This document shows, piece by piece, positions 9,602 through 18,008 of a stretch of 64,000 nucleotides of DNA. Below the pieces are notes generated by a model, which was not told the DNA's origin, searched no databases, and was given only the letters and a program-made list of their open reading frames with translations. The position numbers and the translations under genes were made by a program. This DNA comes from Minisyncoccota bacterium (lineage in GTDB: Bacteria > Patescibacteriota > Minisyncoccia > Phycocordibacterales > UBA9973). The stretch lies in the NCBI GenBank assembly GCA_031413715.1, contig JANOFO010000009.1:94866-158865 (forward strand). The letters are read 5' to 3'. Positions within the stretch are counted from its first letter, which is position 1, and the number at the start of each line of letters is the position of its first letter.

Positions 9602-10384
9602 ATGAAAAATACTCCGAATAAGAAGCAAGGCGATACCTCATGGAATAAAGTAGCTTCTTGGTATGATGAATTACTCAAAACAGATACCGATAGCTACCAA
9701 GCGAAAGTTATCGCTCCAAATTTGCTGCGTTTCCTAGATATTAAAAAAGGGGAACAGATATATGATTTGGCATGCGGGCAAGGGTACTTTTCAAATATCT
9801 TTCTCGAGCATGGTGCAAGCGTCGTAGGATCTGATATATCCAAAAGATTGATTGATTCTGCTATTAAAAATTCACAAAAGGGTATCAAATTCTATATATC
9901 TCCGGCTCACAAAGCAGCCTTTATTAAAAGTAACTCCCTAGATACGGTAGTTATAGTTCTTGCAATACAGAATATTGAGAATGTGGCTGAAGTCTTGGTA
10001 GAATGCAAGCGAGTATTAAAAAAGAGCGGCCACATTGTGATTGTAATCAATCATCCAAGCTTCCGTGTTCCTCAGGGAAGTGATTGGTACTTTAATGATG
10101 GCGTGCAATATCGCGCTGTAGGAAAATATCTGTCTGAATCCAAAGTCTATATTGATATGACTCCCGGAGAGAAAAACCTAAAAAAGAAAATCAAAACCGT
10201 TTCTTTCCACAGGTCTCTCCAGTACTATATGAAATTGTTCGCAAAGAATGGCTTTGCAATTACAAAACTCGAAGAGTGGATATCACACAAGCAGAGCCAG
10301 ATGGGTCCTCGACAAAAAGCCGAAGACATCGCCCGCAAGGAAATCCCTATGTTTATGTGTATTGAGGTGAAGAAATTGAGTTAA
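9602..10384 (+). CDS. Class I SAM-dependent methyltransferase.
   Basis: Motif I is IYDLACGQGYFS, and an acidic motif II region follows (VGSDIS). The protein is 260 aa. Confidence 0.75.
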   Translation: MKNTPNKKQGDTSWNKVASWYDELLKTDTDSYQAKVIAPNLLRFLDIKKGEQIYDLACGQGYFSNIFLEHGASVVGSDISKRLIDSAIKNSQKGIKFYISPAHKAAFIKSNSLDTVVIVLAIQNIENVAEVLVECKRVLKKSGHIVIVINHPSFRVPQGSDWYFNDGVQYRAVGKYLSESKVYIDMTPGEKNLKKKIKTVSFHRSLQYYMKLFAKNGFAITKLEEWISHKQSQMGPRQKAEDIARKEIPMFMCIEVKKLS

Positions 10385-10476
10385 TTCCTTCCCTCCTTAC
10401 TAAGGAGGGAATTGAAGGGAGGTTCTTAATTAGGAACCCCTCCTCAATCCTCCCCTTATCAAGGAGAGGAGGAACT
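10385..10476. repeat. Intergenic triple-hairpin repeat element, copy A.
   Basis: It starts directly after a stop codon: TTCCTTCCCTCCTTACTAAGGAGGGAATTGAAGGGAGGTTCTTAATTAGGAACCCCTCC...CCTCCCCTTATCAAGGAGAGG. A near-identical copy (B) lies at 16994..17084. The three stem-loops could act as a bidirectional terminator between convergent genes. Confidence 0.7.
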
Positions 10477-10481
10477 CAAAT

Positions 10482-11063
10482 TCAAGAATTCAGCTTCTTC
10501 AAGGCCTTTGGAATTTTCTTGAAGTCTTTCATGAGCGTCTCGCGCATCCCGCCATTGTAAAGTGCTGCGGCGGGGTGGTAGAGTGGGAGGAAGGCCTGCT
10601 TTTTTCCAAGCTCGGGAATATTTTTTATAAGAAGCTTGCCGTGGATATCAGAGATCTTTTCAGTAGGGAAGAATCGAGTCATAGAGTGTCTGCCTAGGAA
10701 AATTATGAGTTTTGGTTCTATTATTTTAAGCTCGCTTATGAGCCAATCGTTACAGGCTGCTTTCTCTTCAGGCTCTGGATCCCGATTATTTGGCGGGCGA
10801 TACTTTACAATATTTGTAATATAAATATTTTCTCGCTTCATCTTTATGCTCTCTAGCATTTCTGCCAAGAACTTGCCTCCAGCACCGACGAATGGTCGGC
10901 CCTCAATGTCCTCATTTTTCCCTGGAGCCTCGCCTATGAACACAACTTCCGCTTCAGCGTTGCCATCGCCAAATACCGCCTGAGTGGCGGTCTTCTTCAA
11001 TGGACATGTACAATGCTCTTTCCAATAAGCATTTAGTTCATCAAGCTGTTCTCGTTTTGTCAT
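10482..11063 (-). CDS. Uracil-DNA glycosylase, family 4.
   Basis: Motif A is [21 protein letters not shown] and motif B is HPAAALYN. The protein is 193 aa. Its start overlaps the murA stop by 1 nt. Confidence 0.85.
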   Translation of the reverse strand: MTKREQLDELNAYWKEHCTCPLKKTATQAVFGDGNAEAEVVFIGEAPGKNEDIEGRPFVGAGGKFLAEMLESIKMKRENIYITNIVKYRPPNNRDPEPEEKAACNDWLISELKIIEPKLIIFLGRHSMTRFFPTEKISDIHGKLLIKNIPELGKKQAFLPLYHPAAALYNGGMRETLMKDFKKIPKALKKLNS

Positions 11064-12583
11064 TACTTTAGTATTTTAATATTTGCACCGATAGAATTCA
11101 ATCGCTCGGCTATTTCTTCATATCCACGGTTGATCATGTATACATTACGAAGTATCGATGTGCCTTCGGCTGCAAGCATGCAGATGAGTATGACCATCGA
11201 TGGGCGTAGCGCCGGCGGGCAGACCACTTGGGCTGCTGTGAGGGGTGTGCCTCCTGTGATATAAGCACGGTGAGGGTCGGCAAGGGTTACATTGGCGCCG
11301 AGGCGGTTGAGTTCTGTGAAGTAGATTGCGCGATTCTCATACACCCAGTCGTGGATCATCGTTTGACCCTTGGCCACGATAGCTGCAGGTACAAAGAAGG
11401 GAAGATTGTCCATGTTTATGCCTGGATACGGATTCGCATGGATCTTATCTGGCGGAGCAGTAAGTGTACTTTCCATGATTTCGATATCAACTAGTTTTGT
11501 GCGATTATTATACGATTCATATTTTTTTAATATTTTATACTTGAGTCCCATCTTCGCAAGCTTGTAGAGCTCAAGAGCAAGGAAGTCTATCGGAGCGCGC
11601 GTGATGGTGAGGTTTGAATTTGTGACAATTGCTGCCGAGATGAACATCATAGATTCTATCGGATCCTCGCTATTGTGATATTCGATATTCTTATTTATAT
11701 TTTTCACCCCATGTATTTTTAGAGTCGTTGTGCCAATACCGGTAATTTTTACTCCGAGCTTGCTGAGGAAAAAGCAGATCTCCTGCACCATATAGTTTGC
11801 ACTTGCAAATTGCATTGTGGTAACTTTGTCGATGCCAGCTGCCGCAGTCAATATATTCTCACAAGCAGTATCGCCAGCTTCGTACATAATAATGTTCGCA
11901 GATTTGAGCTTTCCAACTGTGATATCATATTTATCACGACTTATCTTAATTCTTACTCCTAGTTCATGAAGGGCATATCTGTGTGCAGCGATCGTACGCT
12001 TGCCTAAGTTGCATCCTTCAGCGTTAGGAAGAGAGAAGGCATCAAGGTGATGAATAAGCGGACCGATAAGCATAAGGACGGAGCGAGTTCGGATTGCAGA
12101 TTTTACGTTTATATTTTTTAAATTGAATTTCTTCGGTGGTGTAATATGGACCGAATTCTGACCTATCCATTTTACTTTCACGCCGATACTCTCGAGTATT
12201 TCAATAACGCGATACACTTCTTCTATCCGAGCAATACCGTGGAGTGTTGTGATGCCACGATTGAGAAGAGAAGCGCACAAAAGGCCGACCGATCCATTCT
12301 TGGAATAATTTGTTGTAATACTACCCTTGAGTTTACGTCCTCCCTCAATTTGAAAGTCTGGGGAATCATTGACTGATACAATTTCATGCTCAAGAACCTT
12401 GCTTATCTTTGCCAAGAGCTCAGTTGTAAAATTCTGCTCGCCTTTCTCCATGCGAGGGATTGAGCTCTGCGAAGTACCGAGTGCCTTGGCAAGGGCGCCT
12501 TGAGTCATACCCCGACGTTCGCGGAGCTTCTTGATAAAGAAGCCTATTTTTTGAGTCTCTGTTAATTTCTTCATATTTCGCAT
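11063..12583 (-). CDS. murA: UDP-N-acetylglucosamine 1-carboxyvinyltransferase (MurA) with a fused N-terminal XRE-family helix-turn-helix domain.
   Basis: Residues about 14-70 are a Cro/C1-type HTH (RGMTQGALAKALGTSQSSIPRMEKGEQNFTTELLAKISKVL). The remainder is collinear with MurA: it has GSVGLLCASLLN and the catalytic-Cys loop NAEGCNLGKRTIAAHR, and it ends RGYEEIAERLNSIGANIKILK. The protein is 506 aa, against about 420 for a canonical MurA. Confidence 0.85.
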   Translation of the reverse strand: MRNMKKLTETQKIGFFIKKLRERRGMTQGALAKALGTSQSSIPRMEKGEQNFTTELLAKISKVLEHEIVSVNDSPDFQIEGGRKLKGSITTNYSKNGSVGLLCASLLNRGITTLHGIARIEEVYRVIEILESIGVKVKWIGQNSVHITPPKKFNLKNINVKSAIRTRSVLMLIGPLIHHLDAFSLPNAEGCNLGKRTIAAHRYALHELGVRIKISRDKYDITVGKLKSANIIMYEAGDTACENILTAAAGIDKVTTMQFASANYMVQEICFFLSKLGVKITGIGTTTLKIHGVKNINKNIEYHNSEDPIESMMFISAAIVTNSNLTITRAPIDFLALELYKLAKMGLKYKILKKYESYNNRTKLVDIEIMESTLTAPPDKIHANPYPGINMDNLPFFVPAAIVAKGQTMIHDWVYENRAIYFTELNRLGANVTLADPHRAYITGGTPLTAAQVVCPPALRPSMVILICMLAAEGTSILRNVYMINRGYEEIAERLNSIGANIKILK

Positions 12584-12584
12584 T

Positions 12585-12604
12585 TTATATCATATATGAT
12601 ATAA
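12585..12604. promoter_or_regulatory. 20-bp perfect palindrome TTATATCATATATGATATAA in the 28-bp murA/murB divergent intergenic region. It is a candidate operator for the HTH of the MurA fusion and overlaps candidate -10 elements.
   Basis: I checked the reverse complement by eye and the dyad is perfect. It is centred between the divergent start codons at 12583 and 12612, and TATAAT-like hexamers lie on both strands within it. Confidence 0.55.
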
Positions 12605-12611
12605 TTGCAAG

Positions 12612-13634
12612 ATGTTAGAGATTAAAGAAAATGTGGATATCAAAGAATACTGTACACTCCGAGTTGGAGGGCAGTTCCGCTATTTTGTAGAGCTAAATGA
12701 TCCACAGGATCTACCCTTGCTTTACGAATTTGCGAAAGAGAAAAATCTGCCAGTCTTTATATTGGGTGGCGGATCCAATCTAGTCTTTCCTGACGGTATT
12801 TTAAATACTGTGGCTGCCCGCATACAGTTTTGCGGACTTGAAATTTTATCTGATACGGATACACACGTAGATCTCAGGGTTGGAGCAGGAGAATCTTGGG
12901 ACTATATTGTCGAAAATACAGTAGAAGCAAATCTCTGTGGTATTGAGGCTATGTCGGCTATCCCCGGTACTATCGGCGCTACTCCAGTGCAGAATGTGGG
13001 TGCGTACGGCCAGGAAATAAAAGATGTCCTCCAGTCTGTAGATGTATTTGATACAAGCGATAGGGCTTTTAAAACTCTTACAAATGAAGAATGTCATTTT
13101 TCATATAGAAATAGCATATTTAAAAGTGATGCAAAGGGGAGATATGTGATAGTGGCAGTTACTATCAGGCTCGAGAAGCGGGCACCCTACATACCAAACT
13201 ATCCAGGCGTTAAAAAGTATTTCCTCGAGCAAAATATCAACAATCCTACGATACAGGAAATACGTCAAGCTATTATCGAGATCCGAAAGAATAAATTGCC
13301 TGATCCAAAAGATATACCAAGCGTAGGATCATTTTTCAAGAATAGTATCGTTTCAAATGACATAGCCAAGAATTTGAAAAATGAATATCCTGAGATGGTC
13401 TTGTTCCCACTCAATGAAAAAGAAACAAAAGTCCCATCAGGATTCCTTATTGAAAAAGCTGGGCTAAAAGGGCACAATTTTGGGACTATTTCTTCCTATC
13501 CTCATAACGCCATGGTTCTCGTCAATAATGGCGGGGCGACACGGGCAGATGTAGAGAGCACTCGAGATGAAATCGTAAAGATTATCTATGAAAAATTCGG
13601 CATCACCCTCGAGACTGAACCTGAGTTTGTGTAA
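12612..13634 (+). CDS. murB: UDP-N-acetylenolpyruvoylglucosamine reductase (MurB).
   Basis: The FAD-binding PCMH domain start is YCTLRVGGQFRYFVE...LPVFILGGGSNLVF. The protein is 340 aa and is divergent from murA. Confidence 0.85.
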   Translation: MLEIKENVDIKEYCTLRVGGQFRYFVELNDPQDLPLLYEFAKEKNLPVFILGGGSNLVFPDGILNTVAARIQFCGLEILSDTDTHVDLRVGAGESWDYIVENTVEANLCGIEAMSAIPGTIGATPVQNVGAYGQEIKDVLQSVDVFDTSDRAFKTLTNEECHFSYRNSIFKSDAKGRYVIVAVTIRLEKRAPYIPNYPGVKKYFLEQNINNPTIQEIRQAIIEIRKNKLPDPKDIPSVGSFFKNSIVSNDIAKNLKNEYPEMVLFPLNEKETKVPSGFLIEKAGLKGHNFGTISSYPHNAMVLVNNGGATRADVESTRDEIVKIIYEKFGITLETEPEFV

Positions 13635-13635
13635 G

Positions 13636-14199
13636 CTATTCTTTCCAAAGATTTATTTCTTTGATAAAATTAATAACATTTTTTGATAGTCTAACAACAT
13701 ATTTTGTTTTTTCCTTATGAATGACCTTTCTTATTTGAGGTTTGTATCCTAATTTATGCAAACTTTCAAAATAGATGAATGCTAGTTTTTCAATAATCGT
13801 TGTAAAATTTATCATTAGATACCCTCGATCTTTATAAATCGAGCCGTCTGTCTGAGTTAATCCTCGAAGACATTCTTTTGTATATATCTTGTTGTTTAAA
13901 ATCCATAAAGGTATTGAAACATTCTGCCTAAATTTTGATCCACCTTTTGCTTTCCACCCAAGAAGTTCTTCAAGCATATTTGAATGAACATACACATCAA
14001 CACAGCCCTTTCTTTTTATTTCTGAAACTTTATTTTTCGGTAATAGGAGTTGCAATGATTTCTTAATGTGATCTTTCAAAATAGGATATTTATTATCACA
14101 GCTAATGCGAAGTTTAACCGCACGACCATTCGAATTCGATAGATTACCATCTCCAATTGCTACACCTACTATATATGCTAAAAGCTTCTTATTTTTCAA
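13636..14199 (-). CDS. LAGLIDADG-family homing endonuclease-like protein (two motifs, monomeric type). It may use a TTG start.
   Basis: Motif 1 is LLAYIVGVAIGDGNL and motif 2 is LRGLTQTDGSIY. The protein is 187 aa and basic or K-rich. Its 5' end lies 2 nt from the 3' end of tRNA-Leu on the same strand. Confidence 0.7.
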   Translation of the reverse strand: MKNKKLLAYIVGVAIGDGNLSNSNGRAVKLRISCDNKYPILKDHIKKSLQLLLPKNKVSEIKRKGCVDVYVHSNMLEELLGWKAKGGSKFRQNVSIPLWILNNKIYTKECLRGLTQTDGSIYKDRGYLMINFTTIIEKLAFIYFESLHKLGYKPQIRKVIHKEKTKYVVRLSKNVINFIKEINLWKE

Positions 14200-14200
14200 G

Positions 14201-14282
14201 TGCCAGGGGAGGGACTCGAACCCTCAAGTCTTGCGACGATCGATTTTGAGTCGATTACGGTTACCAATTTCGCCACCCTGGC
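14201..14282 (-). tRNA. tRNA-Leu (anticodon CAA).
   Basis: The reverse-complement is GCCAGGGTGGCGAAATTGGTAACCGTAATCGACTCAAAATCGATCGTCGCAAGACTTGAGGGTTCGAGTCCCTCCCCTGGCA. It has a 7-bp acceptor stem, anticodon loop CTCAAAA, a long variable arm and a GTTCGAGTC T-loop. Confidence 0.9.
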
Positions 14283-14334
14283 ATTTACAGGGCTAGTATA
14301 CCAAAATATACTTAAAATGCTAGAATAAGCCCGT

Positions 14335-15810
14335 ATGCCAGAACGAAAGCCAAATTTCACTCCACAACAAGACCAAACCTTTCAAAGTAAAGAAGCTATT
14401 TCCGAGAAACAGTTAGAAAATATAAAAGAAGTATTTGAATTAAATCCTGAATTAGCTGAAATCACTGAAAAAGCGTCTCGTTTATTTCTAGTAAATTCGA
14501 TTCAAAAAGAGAAATCAGAAAAGGAATTATCGTCAGATTTAAAAGAATACTACAAAAAACATTCTGAGAATAAAGAATGGTTAAATATCATATCAGTATA
14601 TCCTCAAGAATTACAAAGAAAAATTATAGAAAAAAGACCAGAGGGCACAGTAGAGAATGTTATAGAACTTCGTGAAAGGTTAAATGAAGAATGGAATCGA
14701 ATTTCTGAGTTATTCCTTAAAGGTTTTTATGAAGGACAAGGTAAGGAGCTTGAAAATGTTCTTACAGCAGGAAGATTTGGTCGTGAAAAGTTAAATTATG
14801 ATGATGAAAGAAAGATTGATGAAATAATTTCAAATATATACACTTGGTTTGACCGTTTTGCGAGTGTTTATTTGCATAAGTTTGAAATTTATCCAGATGA
14901 GAATGTTCGTCAGACTTTCGGTATGAGAAATGTTAGTCTAGATGAAGTGTCACTCAATGATGTTAGAAAAGATAAAGATTGGTACACGAAAGTTGACCTT
15001 TTTATCGAGCAATATTTTAGATTCCTTGCAGCCGGCACCAACGAAAACAAACTAGAGCTAGCAGTACATCTTTTAGATTTTGCTGAGTATTTTGGGAAAA
15101 AAAGTTCAACTGAAGAATATTTTAAGAATTTCCAATTATTACAAAATAACCTTGATCCATCAAAAACAAAAGATAAATCAAGAACATTCTCACCTTTAAA
15201 CAGAGTGGAATCAAATAATAAGACAAATATACTATGGTATTACGGAAACCAAAAAAATCTAAAGTATATGAGAATATTGCCAGACGGGTATGAAATACAG
15301 AACCATTTAAAATCTTATACGAAACCAGGCTTAGAAACATCAAACCATGCGAAAGAATTATATAAAGAGTATCTAGAATCTATTTTCCCTGAAAGTAAGG
15401 TTAAAGATGTTCTTTGGCATGGCAGTAAAGATGTAAAAAAGATTGAGGTGTTTAATAACAGATACTTCAACACAGACCTGAATACTTATGTGAATGGGGT
15501 CTATTTTTCGTTCGGTGTAGATTATGCAGATGATTATAAAAAAGGTAGAAGAGAAGGAGAAGATCTGACTCATTCGGGGACAGTTGCCGCTGTTCTTAAT
15601 GTTAGAAATCCAAAAGAAGCAATAGATGGCGCACGCATGGCTTTAATTAATGATGATGAGCTTAAGCAGCTGAAGGCTGATGGTGCGGATGCTCTTATGT
15701 ATATGAACGAAGAAATTGCAGTTTTTGATAATCAACAAATACATATACTTGGCACAGATAATGATATAGAAGAATTTAAAAAATGGGCAGAAAATCAAAA
15801 TGAAAAATAA
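14335..15810 (+). CDS. Protein with a C-terminal PARP-like (H-Y-E class) ADP-ribosyltransferase catalytic domain. The first roughly 350 N-terminal residues are K/E-rich and helical, with unknown function.
   Basis: The C-terminal region aligns to PARP catalytic signatures. VLWHGS (H362-G-S) matches PARP1 LLWHGS. NGVYFSFGVDYADDY matches the PARP/diphtheria-toxin-class GIYFA...Y. YMNEEIAVFD matches PARP1 LYNEYIVYD, with the catalytic Glu at about residue 459. The spacing between His, Tyr and Glu fits the fold. Confidence 0.6.
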   Translation: MPERKPNFTPQQDQTFQSKEAISEKQLENIKEVFELNPELAEITEKASRLFLVNSIQKEKSEKELSSDLKEYYKKHSENKEWLNIISVYPQELQRKIIEKRPEGTVENVIELRERLNEEWNRISELFLKGFYEGQGKELENVLTAGRFGREKLNYDDERKIDEIISNIYTWFDRFASVYLHKFEIYPDENVRQTFGMRNVSLDEVSLNDVRKDKDWYTKVDLFIEQYFRFLAAGTNENKLELAVHLLDFAEYFGKKSSTEEYFKNFQLLQNNLDPSKTKDKSRTFSPLNRVESNNKTNILWYYGNQKNLKYMRILPDGYEIQNHLKSYTKPGLETSNHAKELYKEYLESIFPESKVKDVLWHGSKDVKKIEVFNNRYFNTDLNTYVNGVYFSFGVDYADDYKKGRREGEDLTHSGTVAAVLNVRNPKEAIDGARMALINDDELKQLKADGADALMYMNEEIAVFDNQQIHILGTDNDIEEFKKWAENQNEK

Positions 15811-16993
15811 ATTACCTTTATCATACATTGAACTCTCAAAAAAGAACTTGATTCACAATATCAAGCAGTTTCGACGTATCGTAAAACGAGGGACAAAGAT
15901 TGCAGGAGTTGTAAAAGCCAATGCGTATGGTCATGGAGATGTAGATGTGGTGAAAATTCTGAATCCCTATGTCGATTATTTCCAAATCAATAGCGTTGAA
16001 GAACTCGAGAAGATCCGTCCTGTTACAAAAAAACCAATCCTTTTACTTGGATATGTCGGTAAAAATGATATCACTCGCGCAATAAAGCTCGGATGCATAC
16101 TCCCAGTATTTGATCTACATCACGCTCTTCTTGTAAACGAATCTGCTCGTAAACTCGGAGTAAAGCCCACCAGACCGAACGGTCATTCGGGCAGGCAGAA
16201 AGTTCATATTGCGATTGATTCACATTTAGGAAGGGAAGGCATATTGCCATCACAAGTCCCAGGGTTTCTTACTGAGATTAAGAAAATGAAACATCTTGCT
16301 GTTGATGGTATATATGCGCACTTTGCAAATATTGAGGATATCAGCCTGGATGAATCGTTCGGACGGGCAACTAACTTTTCTCATGCAAATAAACAAATAA
16401 AAGATTTTGAAGAGGCAGTAAAGCTTTTTAAGGAAGGAGAATATAAAAACATTAAAACCCATATCTCTGCAACATCAGGAGTCCTCGCCTATGAAAAGTG
16501 GCGGGGTTTGCATTCTATCGTACGCGTAGGCGTAGGTCTCTATGGTATGTGGCCAAGCGTGGAATTACAAAAAGTTTGGCAAAAGAAAATTGAGCTTAAG
16601 CCTGTGATGCGCTTCATCACGCATGTTGCCCAAGTAAAAGTTTTACCAATTGGCGAGTCTATCGGCTATGGTCTCTCGTACATTACAAAAAAGAAGACCC
16701 TGATCGCTGTCATACCCCAAGGCTATTCGAACGGCATTAGTCGCTTATCATCAGGGAATGGCGAGGTTCTTATTAGAGGCGAGAGAGCACCTATTTTAGG
16801 CCGTATAGCTATGAATATGTTTGTCGTTGATATTAGCAATATCAAAGGAGTGAAGCCTGAAGATGAGGTTATTATTCTCGGAAGCCAAAAAGGGGAGACA
16901 ATATCGGCTGAAGATCTAGCCTCTCAAACCAAGACCATTAATTACGAGGTCACGACCCGAATCAGCCCCCTTTTGCCTAGAATCTCGGTGTAA
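15800..16993 (+). CDS. alr: Alanine racemase.
   Basis: The PLP-binding signature is VVKANAYGHG. The protein is 397 aa with a conserved C-terminal beta-domain. The start overlaps the upstream gene by 11 nt. Confidence 0.85.
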   Translation: MKNKLPLSYIELSKKNLIHNIKQFRRIVKRGTKIAGVVKANAYGHGDVDVVKILNPYVDYFQINSVEELEKIRPVTKKPILLLGYVGKNDITRAIKLGCILPVFDLHHALLVNESARKLGVKPTRPNGHSGRQKVHIAIDSHLGREGILPSQVPGFLTEIKKMKHLAVDGIYAHFANIEDISLDESFGRATNFSHANKQIKDFEEAVKLFKEGEYKNIKTHISATSGVLAYEKWRGLHSIVRVGVGLYGMWPSVELQKVWQKKIELKPVMRFITHVAQVKVLPIGESIGYGLSYITKKKTLIAVIPQGYSNGISRLSSGNGEVLIRGERAPILGRIAMNMFVVDISNIKGVKPEDEVIILGSQKGETISAEDLASQTKTINYEVTTRISPLLPRISV

Positions 16994-17084
16994 TTCCTTC
17001 CCTCCTTACTAAGGAGGGAACTGAAGGGAGGTTCCTAATTAAGAACCTCTCCCAACCCTCTCCTTGTAAAGGAGAGGGAAACCC
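16994..17084. repeat. Intergenic triple-hairpin repeat element, copy B.
   Basis: It is near-identical to copy A (10385..10476) and again begins at a stop codon. Stem 3 carries a compensatory substitution (CCTCTCCTT/AAGGAGAGG). Confidence 0.7.
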
Positions 17085-17123
17085 ATTGCATTTTCTGATG
17101 TTCTATAGTATCCTATACCCACT

Positions 17124-17288
17124 ATGTCACAAGATAGACTTTTAAAGCTTAAATGCACTGTCTGCAAGAACGGCAATTACTTTACTAGCAAGAACAAAAA
17201 GCTTGTCACAAAAAAGCTTGAATTAAAGAAATTCTGCAAAACTTGCAAGAAAAATACAAAGCACAAAGAAGCTAAACTAACTGGATAA
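17124..17288 (+). CDS. rpmG: 50S ribosomal protein L33.
   Basis: The 54-aa ORF is [54 protein letters not shown]. Its C4 zinc ribbon and length match L33. It is absent from the supplied ORF track (below 60 aa). Confidence 0.8.
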   Translation: MSQDRLLKLKCTVCKNGNYFTSKNKKLVTKKLELKKFCKTCKKNTKHKEAKLTG

Positions 17289-17370
17289 ATTAGCCTTATT
17301 TTGCTACAATCTATCCGCATCTGCGGATTTTGTTGTGCTATATGTATCGGCTTGCCGGTTTCTATAATTA

Positions 17371-17441
17371 GGGCGATTAGTTTAGTGGTAGAACAACGGT
17401 CTCCAAAACCGTTGGCGGAAGTTCGATTCTTCCATCGCCCG
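17371..17441 (+). tRNA. tRNA-Trp (anticodon CCA).
   Basis: The sequence is GGGCGATTAGTTTAGTGGTAGAACAACGGTCTCCAAAACCGTTGGCGGAAGTTCGATTCTTCCATCGCCCG. The anticodon stem is ACGGT/ACCGT and the loop is CTCCAAA. Confidence 0.9.
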
Positions 17442-17579
17442 CATCTTTTTTGAGCTATAATTTATAATACTAAATTTTTCCTCCTCAATGGAGGAATGGA
17501 ACTCTATAATTGTAATGTATTAAAAAAAGAGGCAAGTTAAATGAATAACTTCCTCTTCGCGTAATTTTTTTAAGCACAC

Positions 17580-18008
17580 CTAACTTTTTTGAAGCCAATA
17601 GACTCCCGCAACAATTATAATTATACTCATAATTTTCTGTGAATTAATTTGCTCACCTAAAATCATCCAAGCAAATAATGTTGTTCCTACTGGCATTAAA
17701 CAGCTAATCATAACTACATACTTGGATATATCAAACCCAGAGTTTGAAGCTAATAATGAGCTGTATGCAATCATACCTACACCATTTATTATTCCAGCCA
17801 GTACAATAATAGCTACTCCTTTTGTAGTCGAGCCATTAGATAACTGAATATCATTCTTTAGATACATATATATTACTGCTGTTAAGGCTGTAACAACACA
17901 TACAAAGAAAGTAATGGTTGAGGTAGGTAATTTGCTTACTTTCGCAAGAGAAGGCCATAAAGACCAAACTATTACGCATATCAATGTTAAACCGAGTGGA
18001 TTTTGCAT
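17580..18008 (-). CDS. Small multi-TM membrane protein (EamA/SMR-like, 4 TM).
   Basis: 142-aa ORF with four hydrophobic helices. A hairpin plus T-tract lies downstream at about 17527..17575. Confidence 0.5.
   Translation of the reverse strand: MQNPLGLTLICVIVWSLWPSLAKVSKLPTSTITFFVCVVTALTAVIYMYLKNDIQLSNGSTTKGVAIIVLAGIINGVGMIAYSSLLASNSGFDISKYVVMISCLMPVGTTLFAWMILGEQINSQKIMSIIIIVAGVYWLQKS

Noticed and set aside
14105-14296. 63-aa plus-strand ORF.
   Set aside because: It overlaps tRNA-Leu(CAA) on the opposite strand and the 5' end of the homing endonuclease gene. It is an artefact.
17290-17370. Sigma-70 promoter for tRNA-Trp (TTGCCG ... TATAAT).
   Set aside because: The spacing between the candidate hexamers is only about 6 nt. 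The CCGCATCTGCGG hairpin there is more likely the rpmG terminator.
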